In this document: piece by piece, positions 4,547 to 12,625 of the stretch
Layout of the letters: each line of letters opens with the position of its first letter
How positions within the stretch are numbered: the first letter of the stretch is position 1
Assembly: GCA_003252295.1 (NCBI GenBank)
Contig: QKEV01000004.1
Span: forward strand, 1 to 36,490
DNA from: a bacterium
Lineage (GTDB): Bacteria; Patescibacteriota; Minisyncoccia; Phycocordibacterales; UBA12088
Length of the DNA: 36,490 bases
Direction of reading: 5' to 3'
The notes under the pieces: model-generated
Told to the model about the DNA's origin: nothing
Database searches by the model: none
What the model saw: only the letters and a program-made list of their open reading frames with translations
Translations under genes and position numbers: made by a program

Positions 4547-5302
4547 ATGAATACAAAAGTCACTCCTTTAGAAGGGGTAGAGTTTGATGTTTTGATTAGG
4601 AAAAGAATAAAAGACTTTTGGGGGTATGGTAGTTTAAAGTCTCCCGTGTGGTTTGTAGGTATGGAAGAAGGAGTAGGTGCAGGCACCCCAAGAAAAGACT
4701 TTCTCACTCGTTTTCGCCTTTCTGAAAACAAAGTGACAATCGATATGCGAGAAGGTATGGAAATTTACCCGGATCACATGCGCTGGTTTAAGGATGGAGC
4801 TCCTATTCAACCCACCTGGAAGTACCCTATTGCTCTCTATCTCTACCTGAAAAACAATATGATACCAATGAGAGAAGAGGTACGAGAACATCAAATACAC
4901 ACTCTTGCTGATAGTAAGAAAAAAGAAACTGCATGTATTGAACTCATGCCACTTCCTGCAAACTCAATAAAAGAAAACTCATGGGTCTACGGAAAACTCA
5001 ATGTTCCTAACTTGAGCACTCGCAAGGAATACATAGAAACGTATAAACCAAGACGAGTTGCGAAACTACAAAAACTCATCCAACAACATAAACCAAAGTT
5101 GGTTATCTTCTATTCCCTTACCTATCTGCCAGATTGGAAAAAAGTTATCGGAAAAGAAATAGAGGAAGTAACAAAAGGTATGTACTTCACTCAAACCAAA
5201 GACACCTCCTTCTGTGTTATTCCACAGAGTGTGTCGTTTGGTATGTCATACAAAAGACTGTATGCGTATGGTAAAAAGGTAAAAGATAAGATTATTTTAT
5301 AG
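4547..5302 (+). CDS. Hypothetical protein (251 aa)
   Basis: Track ORF 4481-5302. I prefer the internal ATG at 4547 (MNTKVTPLEG) because the upstream part overlaps the structured region. VWFVGMEEG and ELMPLPANS are faintly reminiscent of uracil-DNA-glycosylase-superfamily motifs; this is not a confident assignment. Confidence 0.55.
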   Translation: MNTKVTPLEGVEFDVLIRKRIKDFWGYGSLKSPVWFVGMEEGVGAGTPRKDFLTRFRLSENKVTIDMREGMEIYPDHMRWFKDGAPIQPTWKYPIALYLYLKNNMIPMREEVREHQIHTLADSKKKETACIELMPLPANSIKENSWVYGKLNVPNLSTRKEYIETYKPRRVAKLQKLIQQHKPKLVIFYSLTYLPDWKKVIGKEIEEVTKGMYFTQTKDTSFCVIPQSVSFGMSYKRLYAYGKKVKDKIIL

Positions 5303-5432
5303 ATATCAGTAAAAAATATATGGAGACCCCCAACCTCTTGCAGACTCACAAACAAATTGGTAGATAAACACACCGATATAGCACTTAAAAACATGATTTC
5401 ATTTGTAAAAATTACCTGTATACTTACCTACC

Positions 5433-6170
5433 ATGAAGAACAAAAAATATATTTCAGGTAGCGTACTCGTTCTAGCGATAATTGCGATAGTTGCGGGTAT
5501 ATTCTACGTACAAGAAAACAACAAAGTACAGATCGTTTCCCGTGATGATCCAACCGATATTGTTGTTGATTTTTACCAAACATGGCTGGATACCGTGCAG
5601 TCAACCAGTACTGATCCATACCAAGCAGGTCTTACAGACAACACACTCTTGAGTAAAGCATTGCAGAAAAAACTATCTCAAGCTCATGAAGCCAGCGACG
5701 TTGACCCGGTACTATGCCAGATTCCAACACCAAGACGGTTTAAGGTTGAAACTGCTTACGAGCAACCTGATGAGATACAAATGAATGTATTCTCCAAAGG
5801 ATCAGAAACGGTAAGTCAGTCAGTGGTTACCATACGACAACTTGACGAAGGTTGGTACATTGATGACATTTCCTGCATCAACGAATCTGACCCTAACACA
5901 GACCGTGAGTTTACCTTTGAACATGAAGGTGTCCTCTCAAAGGATCCCGCATTTGTGACCGATGCAGCATACTGGCACATCATATACATCCAGAACATTG
6001 TTCCTGACAGAGTTGTTCCCCTCTTCTTTGACACAGAAAGTACCTGTATCGACCAAGACAAGAAAGAATCAACTTGCGACCAAAACCAGTTCACCGAAAT
6101 GCAGCATGTCATTGTTCGTGGCAACATGACCGAAGCTGGACTTGAAGTACAGCAAGTTGAGACACTGTAA
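5433..6170 (+). CDS. Membrane-anchored hypothetical protein
   Basis: ORF track. N-terminal TM segment SVLVLAIIAIVAGIF followed by a soluble domain. Confidence 0.65.
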   Translation: MKNKKYISGSVLVLAIIAIVAGIFYVQENNKVQIVSRDDPTDIVVDFYQTWLDTVQSTSTDPYQAGLTDNTLLSKALQKKLSQAHEASDVDPVLCQIPTPRRFKVETAYEQPDEIQMNVFSKGSETVSQSVVTIRQLDEGWYIDDISCINESDPNTDREFTFEHEGVLSKDPAFVTDAAYWHIIYIQNIVPDRVVPLFFDTESTCIDQDKKESTCDQNQFTEMQHVIVRGNMTEAGLEVQQVETL

Positions 6171-6202
6171 CCATTTACCGAAGACTAACTCAGACAGAAA
6201 AC

Positions 6203-6235
6203 AAACCCCCAGGTCACATGTGACCTGGGGGTTTT
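6203..6235. terminator. Bidirectional terminator between convergent genes
   Basis: Perfect palindrome AAACCCCCAGGTCACA/TGTGACCTGGGGGTTT flanked by A and T runs. Confidence 0.75.
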
Positions 6236-6252
6236 GTGGCTATTACCTATAC

Positions 6253-6594
6253 CTACCGTTGCCATACTCTGAGTGTGATACCCTTTTCCGCTGCCATCTT
6301 TTCTGCCTCACCAATGAGTTCTGGAACAGATGAATTGTTACCTTTCGCGAACAAATCTATCCTCGCTTGGTTTTCAGGATTTGCCAGCTTCGGTGCTTGG
6401 GGATGATGAAGATACAACCATGCAATCACCTTCACTTTCCAGTCGTCAGCAGACTCCAGTCTTGCTACAAGAAAATTTTCATGAGATCGCTGCAACTTGA
6501 TTCCCTCTTCTGTGGGCTGTCTGTCACCCTTCTCACTTCCAAACGAGAGAAACCCTTCTCCGTGCTCAATTACTTTCTGAATGTCTTCACTCAT
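6253..6594 (-). CDS. Hypothetical protein (113 aa), paralog of 10576-10884
   Basis: ORF track. DWKVKVIAWLYLHHPQ...ELIGEAEKM parallels DKMVRVNAYFYLKHPK...EIITEAQKM in the other ORF. Confidence 0.6.
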   Translation of the reverse strand: MSEDIQKVIEHGEGFLSFGSEKGDRQPTEEGIKLQRSHENFLVARLESADDWKVKVIAWLYLHHPQAPKLANPENQARIDLFAKGNNSSVPELIGEAEKMAAEKGITLRVWQR

Positions 6595-6740
6595 ACCTTA
6601 TACCTCCTTATGTAAGATATATTCTCTAGCACAGGGCTAGTGTCTACACGCTACTATGCCAGAAGGTAAAAAAATTGTAAATATTTTCTACACGACCACC
6701 ATTTACACTCCAGCTTTAGTAAATATGCTACTATAGCTAC

Positions 6741-7340
6741 ATGAACGATGACTCACGTTTGGCAGACTTCCTCTTTGAACTAGGCACCATGCGAAAGGTG
6801 CTCAGGATGCACCGTCAAACTCTGTTGACTGATGATATGTCAGACAACATCGCGACACACTCACTGCGTGTGACCATGATCGGCTGGCTACTTGCAAAGA
6901 AAGAGAACGCTGACCTCTACAAGGTTGTCATGATGTGCCTACTACATGACCTTGGAGAGATACGAAGCAACGACCACAACTGGATCAACAAGCGCTACAT
7001 GAAGGTGCATGATGAAGAGATCATTGAAGAGCAGCTTGGTACACTACCCTTCCCTGAACTAAAAGAAATTGCACAAGAGTACGAGGAACGGAAAACAAAA
7101 GAAGCTATCATCGCAAAAGATGCTGACCTACTCGACCAAGTCCTCCTTTTGAAAGAGTACGAATGGCAAGGCAACAAAGAAGCAGCGGTATGGCTTCATG
7201 GAAAAGGAGATGATGTGGGCAACGCACAGCTCAAACGACTACAGCTCGACTCATCGAGAGAACTCGGAGAGGCTATCTACGGTAGAAATCCTTCAGACTG
7301 GTGGAACAACCTCTGGACCAGTGAGAACCGTAAAGATTAA
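6741..7340 (+). CDS. HD-domain phosphohydrolase (YfbR-like 5'-nucleotidase type)
   Basis: HSLRV ... LLHDLGE ... D motif pattern of the HD superfamily. Confidence 0.75.
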   Translation: MNDDSRLADFLFELGTMRKVLRMHRQTLLTDDMSDNIATHSLRVTMIGWLLAKKENADLYKVVMMCLLHDLGEIRSNDHNWINKRYMKVHDEEIIEEQLGTLPFPELKEIAQEYEERKTKEAIIAKDADLLDQVLLLKEYEWQGNKEAAVWLHGKGDDVGNAQLKRLQLDSSRELGEAIYGRNPSDWWNNLWTSENRKD

Positions 7341-7349
7341 TATAATTCT

Positions 7350-7772
7350 ATGGAACAAGAGCAAAAACCAAAAGTGGGTGTCGGAGTAATGATCTTTAAA
7401 GAAGGAAAGATTTTACTTGGCAAAAGAAAAGGTTCGCATGGTAGCGGAGAGTACGCCTTTCCCGGTGGACACCTAGAGTACATGGAATCTTTTGTAGATT
7501 GTGCAAAGAGAGAGATAGACGAAGAATGTGGCATAGAAGTTGAAAACATCAGCTTTCAGTATGTTGGAAATATTGTGAAGTACGCACCAAAACACTATGT
7601 ACACATAGGACTCACTGCAGACTGGAAAAGTGGTACACCAAAAGTACTTGAACCAGACAAGGTAGAAACATGGGACTGGTATGATATGGAAGAACTACCT
7701 AAACCAATGTTTGAAATGAGCGAACTAGCGATTAAGTATCATAAAACTGGAGAAAACTATATAGACGAGTAA
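7350..7772 (+). CDS. NUDIX hydrolase
   Basis: Canonical Nudix box GGHLEYMESFVDCAKREIDEECGI (Gx5Ex7REUxEExGU). Confidence 0.85.
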   Translation: MEQEQKPKVGVGVMIFKEGKILLGKRKGSHGSGEYAFPGGHLEYMESFVDCAKREIDEECGIEVENISFQYVGNIVKYAPKHYVHIGLTADWKSGTPKVLEPDKVETWDWYDMEELPKPMFEMSELAIKYHKTGENYIDE

Positions 7773-7789
7773 TGCAACATAAAAAAACC

Positions 7790-7876
7790 ATGACCGCATA
7801 CAACAAACTCGTGAGAGACAGCATCCCGGAAATGCTCGATGGGAAAAATATTCCCTACGACCTCAAGGGTGACTAA
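7790..7876 (+). pseudogene. Truncated MazG-like NTP pyrophosphohydrolase remnant (28 codons)
   Basis: Own translation gives MTAYNKLVRDSIPEMLDGKNIPYDLKGD*. YNKLVRD.IPE is the typical N-terminus of small MazG-type house-cleaning NTPases, but the ORF stops after 28 aa. Confidence 0.45.
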
Positions 7877-7890
7877 AACAAACTCCTTAC

Positions 7891-8067
7891 TTACTCCTTC
7901 CAGTCGGTTATCACCACACTGCTACCCTTCTTTTTGACCACTACTTTTTGCTTACTCTTCCATTTGAGCTCTCGGACTATCTCAATAGGAAGCGAAACTG
8001 TTATGGTACCTCCTCCTGCCTTACCGAGTTTACGAATATTTTTTTCTTCAAGTTTTCTTCGTGTCAT
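7891..8067 (-). CDS. AbrB/MazE/SpoVT-family DNA-binding protein (58 aa), not in ORF track
   Basis: Own translation gives MTRRKLEEKNIRKLGKAGGGTITVSLPIEIVRELKWKSKQKVVVKKKGSSVVITDWKE*. The block ..VSLPIEIVRELKWK...V.V is the SpoVT-AbrB swapped-hairpin signature. Confidence 0.6.
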   Translation of the reverse strand: MTRRKLEEKNIRKLGKAGGGTITVSLPIEIVRELKWKSKQKVVVKKKGSSVVITDWKE

Positions 8068-8083
8068 ATATACACAGTCTAAC

Positions 8084-8123
8084 AGAAATACATATTAAAA
8101 TACGTATTTTAATATGTATTTCT
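8084..8123. promoter_or_regulatory. Perfect 40-bp palindrome in the divergent abrB-like / tyrS promoter region
   Basis: AGAAATACATATTAAAATAC|GTATTTTAATATGTATTTCT. It lies upstream of both flanking gene starts, so it is more likely an operator than a terminator. Confidence 0.5.
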
Positions 8124-8193
8124 TTTTCATGGTGCTTTTTCAGAGAATACGGTACACTAACAACGTTGAATAGTAACTAGTATTTCTAGGTGT

Positions 8194-9414
8194 ATGACCA
8201 AGGTAATAACTGATAAAGAAAAAATAGAAGAGCTACTGATGCGCTCTGTAGCAGAGATACTCCCTTCAAGGGATGGTCTTCGTGAGGCACTCTCATCTGG
8301 TAAGCAGCTCCGTATCTACATAGGTACAGACCCGACTGGTACTTCCCTACACCTCGGACACGCAACCAACTACATGATCCTTGAGAAGTTTCGCAGACTT
8401 GGACACGAGATTATTTTCCTCGTTGGTGACTTTACTGCACGCATTGGTGACCCGACCGACAAGAGCGACTCGGCACGAAAGCAGCTCACCCGTGAGCAGG
8501 TTGTCGAACATGTAAAGACTTGGATGGACCAGGTGCGACCGATTATCGACATAGACAACAAAGAGAACCCTGTTCGAGTCCTCTACAACCACGAGTGGCT
8601 CTCGAAGCTCACCTTTGAGGATGTTGTGAACCTCGCTTCAAACTTTACCGTGCAGCAGATGATAGAACGAGACATGTTCCAGGTGCGCATACAGGAAGGA
8701 AAACCACTCTACATGCACGAACTGTTCTACCCGCTCATGCAAGGATACGACTCTGTTGCTATGGATGTCGACATTGAAATGTGCGGTGCTGACCAGAAGT
8801 TCAATGCACTTGCGGGACGAACCCTTTTGAAGAAACTGAAGGATAAGGAAAAGTTTGTCTTCATTACTACTCTTCTCGAGAATCCGGTCACCAAAGAGAA
8901 GATGATGTCAAAATCAATGGGAACAGGTGTGTTCCTCGACTTTGACGCAGAGCACATGTACGGCGCCATCATGGCTCAAGCTGATGAAAACATGCGGCAG
9001 CTCTTCGTGGACTGCACATGGCTCACACTTGAAGAGATAGAGGAGAAGCTCAAGGGTGACAACCCTCGAGACACAAAAATGCAGCTTGCTCTTGAAATCA
9101 CCAAGATCTACCACGGAGAAGATGCAGCACAGAAAGCACAGAACGCTTTTGTGCAAACATTCCAAAAGAAAGAGGTGCCTGACGACATGCCAGACTTTAC
9201 CGTTACCGCAAAAATGACCCTTATAGACATCTTAACCAAGAGCGGTCTTGCAACTAGCAGGACCGATGCTCGACGCACCGTTGAACAAGGTGCTGTTAAA
9301 CTGAACGGTGAAAAGGTTGCTGTTGACGCACTTGAACAGACTGTAAACCTCAAAGATGGTGAGGTGGTCCTCCAGAAAGGTAAACGCTACTTCCTTCGAC
9401 TTTTACAAAAGTAA
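8194..9414 (+). CDS. tyrS: Tyrosine--tRNA ligase
   Basis: GTDPTGTSLHLGH (HIGH), KMMSKSMG (KMSKS) and a C-terminal S4-like domain (RTDARRTVEQGAVKLNGEKV). Confidence 0.9.
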   Translation: MTKVITDKEKIEELLMRSVAEILPSRDGLREALSSGKQLRIYIGTDPTGTSLHLGHATNYMILEKFRRLGHEIIFLVGDFTARIGDPTDKSDSARKQLTREQVVEHVKTWMDQVRPIIDIDNKENPVRVLYNHEWLSKLTFEDVVNLASNFTVQQMIERDMFQVRIQEGKPLYMHELFYPLMQGYDSVAMDVDIEMCGADQKFNALAGRTLLKKLKDKEKFVFITTLLENPVTKEKMMSKSMGTGVFLDFDAEHMYGAIMAQADENMRQLFVDCTWLTLEEIEEKLKGDNPRDTKMQLALEITKIYHGEDAAQKAQNAFVQTFQKKEVPDDMPDFTVTAKMTLIDILTKSGLATSRTDARRTVEQGAVKLNGEKVAVDALEQTVNLKDGEVVLQKGKRYFLRLLQK

Positions 9415-9477
9415 GCCCATATTGAATACTGTGTCTAAGTGAGTTACGATGTCACGGTGCATTTACTTATATAGCAT

Positions 9478-10515
9478 ATGAGCTTACTTACAGAAATACT
9501 CACCCTCAACGAACAACGTAGCAGCGAGTTCTCTACCCCGGCTGCACATGATGCCCGTGCACTCTACCTTAGTCAGCATCCTACAAAAATGCTCGTTTTC
9601 AAATGTATGGATGGAAGAATAAATCTCCCACTCATCACCGGTGTTCCCATGGGCCGCCTCCATCCTTTTCGAAACATAGGAGGTAAGTTTACCCTGGGTG
9701 ACCCCTACCTCGGACGTCTCGTACTTGACGCAAAAGAGGACGCCATACGAATGGGACGAGAGACACTCGCACTCTGCACGTATCACTACTCAAAAGAGAG
9801 CACTCATAGAGGTTGTGCAGGTCGTGACTATGACAATGACACAGCAAGGAGCGGTGCCTTTGAACTTAAGAAGGAGTTTGAGGAAGTGTTTGGTGCAGAC
9901 AACCAAACTATTGCTGCTATTGTTGTTGCCATAGAAACGGACAACGACGAACTCATTTTCTGTTCAGAAGAAAATGGTGAATTGCATATGAGTGCATGTG
10001 TGGAAGTATCTGAAGAAGAGTTACGTGAGAAACTCTTTGCACTCTATCCAAACCTTACTCACCAAATGGTGCACGATCTTTTACCGCTCGCTCTTGGCAA
10101 CCGCACCCATATTGAAAAAACAAAAAAACGTCCAGTAACTGAACTAGTGCACAATGAAAACATTATTTGTGTAGGACGTGGTTTTGACTGGCTGCACCTA
10201 CCGAACAGAGCACTCATCATAGGTCCATACGGCTACACAGACACCTCGTGGCACAAGGCGGTTGAAGTTGCTGGCACCATTGTCAGCAGCAACTTTAAAA
10301 ACAACGAAAAATTGCAGAACACTGGAGCCCTACTCCTTGTATCAGCATCGTACAAAGATGTGCGTGAGAGAGGTCTCGCTGTAGCAAAAGCAAAGTATTT
10401 TGCACAAGTTGCAGAAACAGCACTTGCTCCAGTTGCCCACGAACTAAAACTTGAAACACTGGTAGGTGTAACAGATATGGAGACCATGAAGTATCACCCA
10501 CTCACGGAGAAGTAA
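9478..10515 (+). CDS. Hypothetical protein with beta-carbonic-anhydrase-like motifs
   Basis: FKCMDGRIN...G.L.PFRNIGG resembles the beta-CA CxDxR ... RNxGN block, and HRGCAG resembles HxxC. At 345 aa it is much longer than typical beta-CAs. Confidence 0.4.
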   Translation: MSLLTEILTLNEQRSSEFSTPAAHDARALYLSQHPTKMLVFKCMDGRINLPLITGVPMGRLHPFRNIGGKFTLGDPYLGRLVLDAKEDAIRMGRETLALCTYHYSKESTHRGCAGRDYDNDTARSGAFELKKEFEEVFGADNQTIAAIVVAIETDNDELIFCSEENGELHMSACVEVSEEELREKLFALYPNLTHQMVHDLLPLALGNRTHIEKTKKRPVTELVHNENIICVGRGFDWLHLPNRALIIGPYGYTDTSWHKAVEVAGTIVSSNFKNNEKLQNTGALLLVSASYKDVRERGLAVAKAKYFAQVAETALAPVAHELKLETLVGVTDMETMKYHPLTEK

Positions 10516-10521
10516 TAAAAA

Positions 10522-10553
10522 ATCCCAAAACCATTTGTATATGGTTTTGGGAT
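10522..10553. terminator. Bidirectional terminator between convergent genes
   Basis: ATCCCAAAACCAT - TTGTAT - ATGGTTTTGGGAT, a 13-bp stem preceded by an A run. Confidence 0.7.
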
Positions 10554-10575
10554 CTCACACCTGAAAAGACGGCGG

Positions 10576-10884
10576 CTACGATCTAATTGAAGCTCTTATG
10601 ACGGCAGCATTTCTATCCCACATTTTTTGGGCTTCAGTAATGATCTCACGAAGAGGCGGATTGATGTTGTCTATAAACTTTTGAACCCGCCGCGCATTAT
10701 TATCATTCAATACGACACGAAATTTCGGATGCTTGAGATAGAAGTATGCATTAACGCGTACCATCTTATCATCATCGTCTTCAACCAGAACCTTTACCAG
10801 GGTATCTTCAGCAACATTCTTTAACTTCCCGGTCTTTAATAAAAAATCTTCACCATACTCTGCAATCGTCTTTTTTTTCTTCAC
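10576..10884 (-). CDS. Hypothetical protein (102 aa from a GTG start), paralog of 6253-6594
   Basis: Track ORF 10576-11004. GGAGG (10895-10891) lies 6 nt upstream of GTG 10884, giving MKKKKTIAEYGEDFL, which aligns with the MSEDIQKVIEHGEGFL N-terminus of the paralog. Confidence 0.55.
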   Translation of the reverse strand: MKKKKTIAEYGEDFLLKTGKLKNVAEDTLVKVLVEDDDDKMVRVNAYFYLKHPKFRVVLNDNNARRVQKFIDNINPPLREIITEAQKMWDRNAAVIRASIRS

Positions 10885-11038
10885 AGCAACCTCCGTTGTT
10901 TTTATTTTTCTGGCAATACACCAGTCCCACACAACAGTTTGCCACTTTTCATATATTTGTAAATACCTACGGGTACATATCTTGCGATGGTGAACAAACA
11001 CCATACCTTCACATACCCCATACTGCTATAGTACTCGT

Positions 11039-11647
11039 ATGAAAATACATCCATTTCATGCACTTGCTGAGGTGAGTCCCGTCATACGACTTCTTACTGC
11101 ATCGGACATCATTTTAGGTGCTGGTATCGGTCTTTTTGGTCCAATCTTTGCCATCCTCATCGCCAATAAGATCAACACAAACAACCCACTCGAGGTCATC
11201 AGTATTGGTACCTCTATATACCTCTTTACTCAGAGCGTTGGGTTAATGCCTCTTGGAATACTCATCGACAAGATCAAGGGAGAGCATGATGACTTTTGGA
11301 TACTATTTGCAGGTAGTCTTGTGTACGTCCTCGTTCCACTACTCTACTTACTCATCACTGAACCATGGCATCTTTTTGTTATCCAGTTTATTTACGGAGT
11401 GGGTACTGCGATGACACTCCCTACCTGGACCGCTATTTTTTCTCGTCACATTGATACCGGCAAAGAAGGTATTGAATGGAGCTTATGGCAATCATCCACT
11501 AACTTGTCATGTGCGATAGCGGCTCCTGTTGGCGGCTTCATCGCTTCATACTATGGCTTTAACGCAATTATGTACTTGGCTTCAGCAATGGCATCATTGA
11601 GCTGTTTATATATATTCCTTATACGAAAAAGTCTCTATAAACGCTAA
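11039..11647 (+). CDS. MFS-type transporter, half-size (N-terminal six-helix half only)
   Basis: Six hydrophobic segments, with a motif-A-like loop GILIDKIKGEHDD after TM2. Ends after ~TM6, and only 76 nt remain before the next gene. Confidence 0.5.
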   Translation: MKIHPFHALAEVSPVIRLLTASDIILGAGIGLFGPIFAILIANKINTNNPLEVISIGTSIYLFTQSVGLMPLGILIDKIKGEHDDFWILFAGSLVYVLVPLLYLLITEPWHLFVIQFIYGVGTAMTLPTWTAIFSRHIDTGKEGIEWSLWQSSTNLSCAIAAPVGGFIASYYGFNAIMYLASAMASLSCLYIFLIRKSLYKR

Positions 11648-11660
11648 CTATAAACTACGT

Positions 11661-11694
11661 CACCCTGATGTACTACTGTACATCAGGGTGTTTT
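11661..11694. terminator. Terminator hairpin between convergent genes
   Basis: CACCCTGATGTAC - TAC - TGTACATCAGGGTG followed by TTTT. Confidence 0.7.
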
Positions 11695-11723
11695 ACGTTA
11701 CTAGTTATTCTTACAATAAACCA

Positions 11724-12581
11724 CTATGACCTTTCGACAACCCTACCAAGCAAGAAACCTTCACTTCCCTTTTGATTACAGTTGTGTGCAAATACAATAC
11801 GACATGAAGCGGGTGCACGAACAGCTTCATCACCATCAGTACCTATGAGTTGCCCCTCTTCCACTTCTTCAAAATTCTGAAACACTTTTGCAAGCACAAA
11901 GCTGTCGGTCTTGGTGAGGTACTGAAAGAACATACGAAGTCGTGTTTGACCCTCCTGTTTTTTTGGTTCACCCTCTATGTGTCCACGTGCTTGTAGAAAC
12001 GACATAATACTCTTCTCTGCAATCTCTACACTCTTGGGATCTTTGTAGTACCCACACTCTATACAGAGACCCATGTGCCCCTTCTGGTTCAGGTAGTACT
12101 CAGTACCTCCCGGTTCAATGGTATCAAAACCGTACACCACAATATCTGTAGGTAATACTGAAGCAAGCACATCTGAGTGCGGTTCACCTATGGCAAACGA
12201 TGGACTCCCTTCTATGGTAGTAGCATGGAGATCCAAGAGTGCATCTGCCTTATCAAAGTACTCCTTAATGAGCTGTACACGCTCATACTCGTAGCTATTT
12301 TTCTCTTCATCAGTGAGCTCTCCATCACTACGGAATAATCGGTTCAAGTTTATATCTGTCTGACGGACATCTCGCTCAATAGCTCGCGGGTTACCGTACC
12401 CAAAGAATACAACACCTTTTTCTATTTTTAACTCTGGCAACAGGTGCTCGAACGCCTCTACACCGCAACGCTCATTACCATGTACACCTGCGAGAATAAC
12501 ACTTACGGGACCAGGTGCTGTCCCCTTTTTTTCAATAAAATCTTCGTACATACAACAAGAAATGTAAGCAAGAATTACCAA
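11724..12581 (-). CDS. Succinylglutamate desuccinylase/aspartoacylase-family (M14-like) zinc hydrolase
   Basis: ILAGVHGNERCG and LDLHATT motifs typical of the AstE/AspA family. The start is uncertain; ATG 12551 (MYEDF) is also possible. Confidence 0.65.
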   Translation of the reverse strand: MVILAYISCCMYEDFIEKKGTAPGPVSVILAGVHGNERCGVEAFEHLLPELKIEKGVVFFGYGNPRAIERDVRQTDINLNRLFRSDGELTDEEKNSYEYERVQLIKEYFDKADALLDLHATTIEGSPSFAIGEPHSDVLASVLPTDIVVYGFDTIEPGGTEYYLNQKGHMGLCIECGYYKDPKSVEIAEKSIMSFLQARGHIEGEPKKQEGQTRLRMFFQYLTKTDSFVLAKVFQNFEEVEEGQLIGTDGDEAVRAPASCRIVFAHNCNQKGSEGFLLGRVVERS

Positions 12582-12625
12582 AAGGTCAACTTACCTGTAC
12601 ACAGTGTTTTATGCTGTTGCTAGAC

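Noticed and set aside
3740-4731. Track ORFs 3740-4009(-), 3890-4075(+), 3909-4112(+), 4137-4451(-), 4156-4731(-) and 4634-4900(-).
   Set aside because: They are out of frame or antisense to the precursor, ligase and 4547 ORFs, or run through the repeat element, terminators and hairpin-rich non-coding region. Their composition looks random or Arg/Ser/Pro-rich, and none has an SD.
6759-6768. A 10-nt match (TTGGCAGACT) between the variable block of repeat copy 1 and the start of the HD-hydrolase gene, which would suggest guide-target pairing.
   Set aside because: With six possible 10-mers in the block and ~73 kb of double-stranded search space, about 0.4 such matches are expected by chance. The match is same-sense, not antisense. 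The copy-2 block has no comparable match.
8068-8193. A T-box or other leader riboswitch upstream of tyrS, and likewise upstream of leuS at 15464-15552.
   Set aside because: The intergenic regions are only ~125 and ~90 nt, too short for a T-box. No specifier, AGAGA or T-box consensus sequence is visible.
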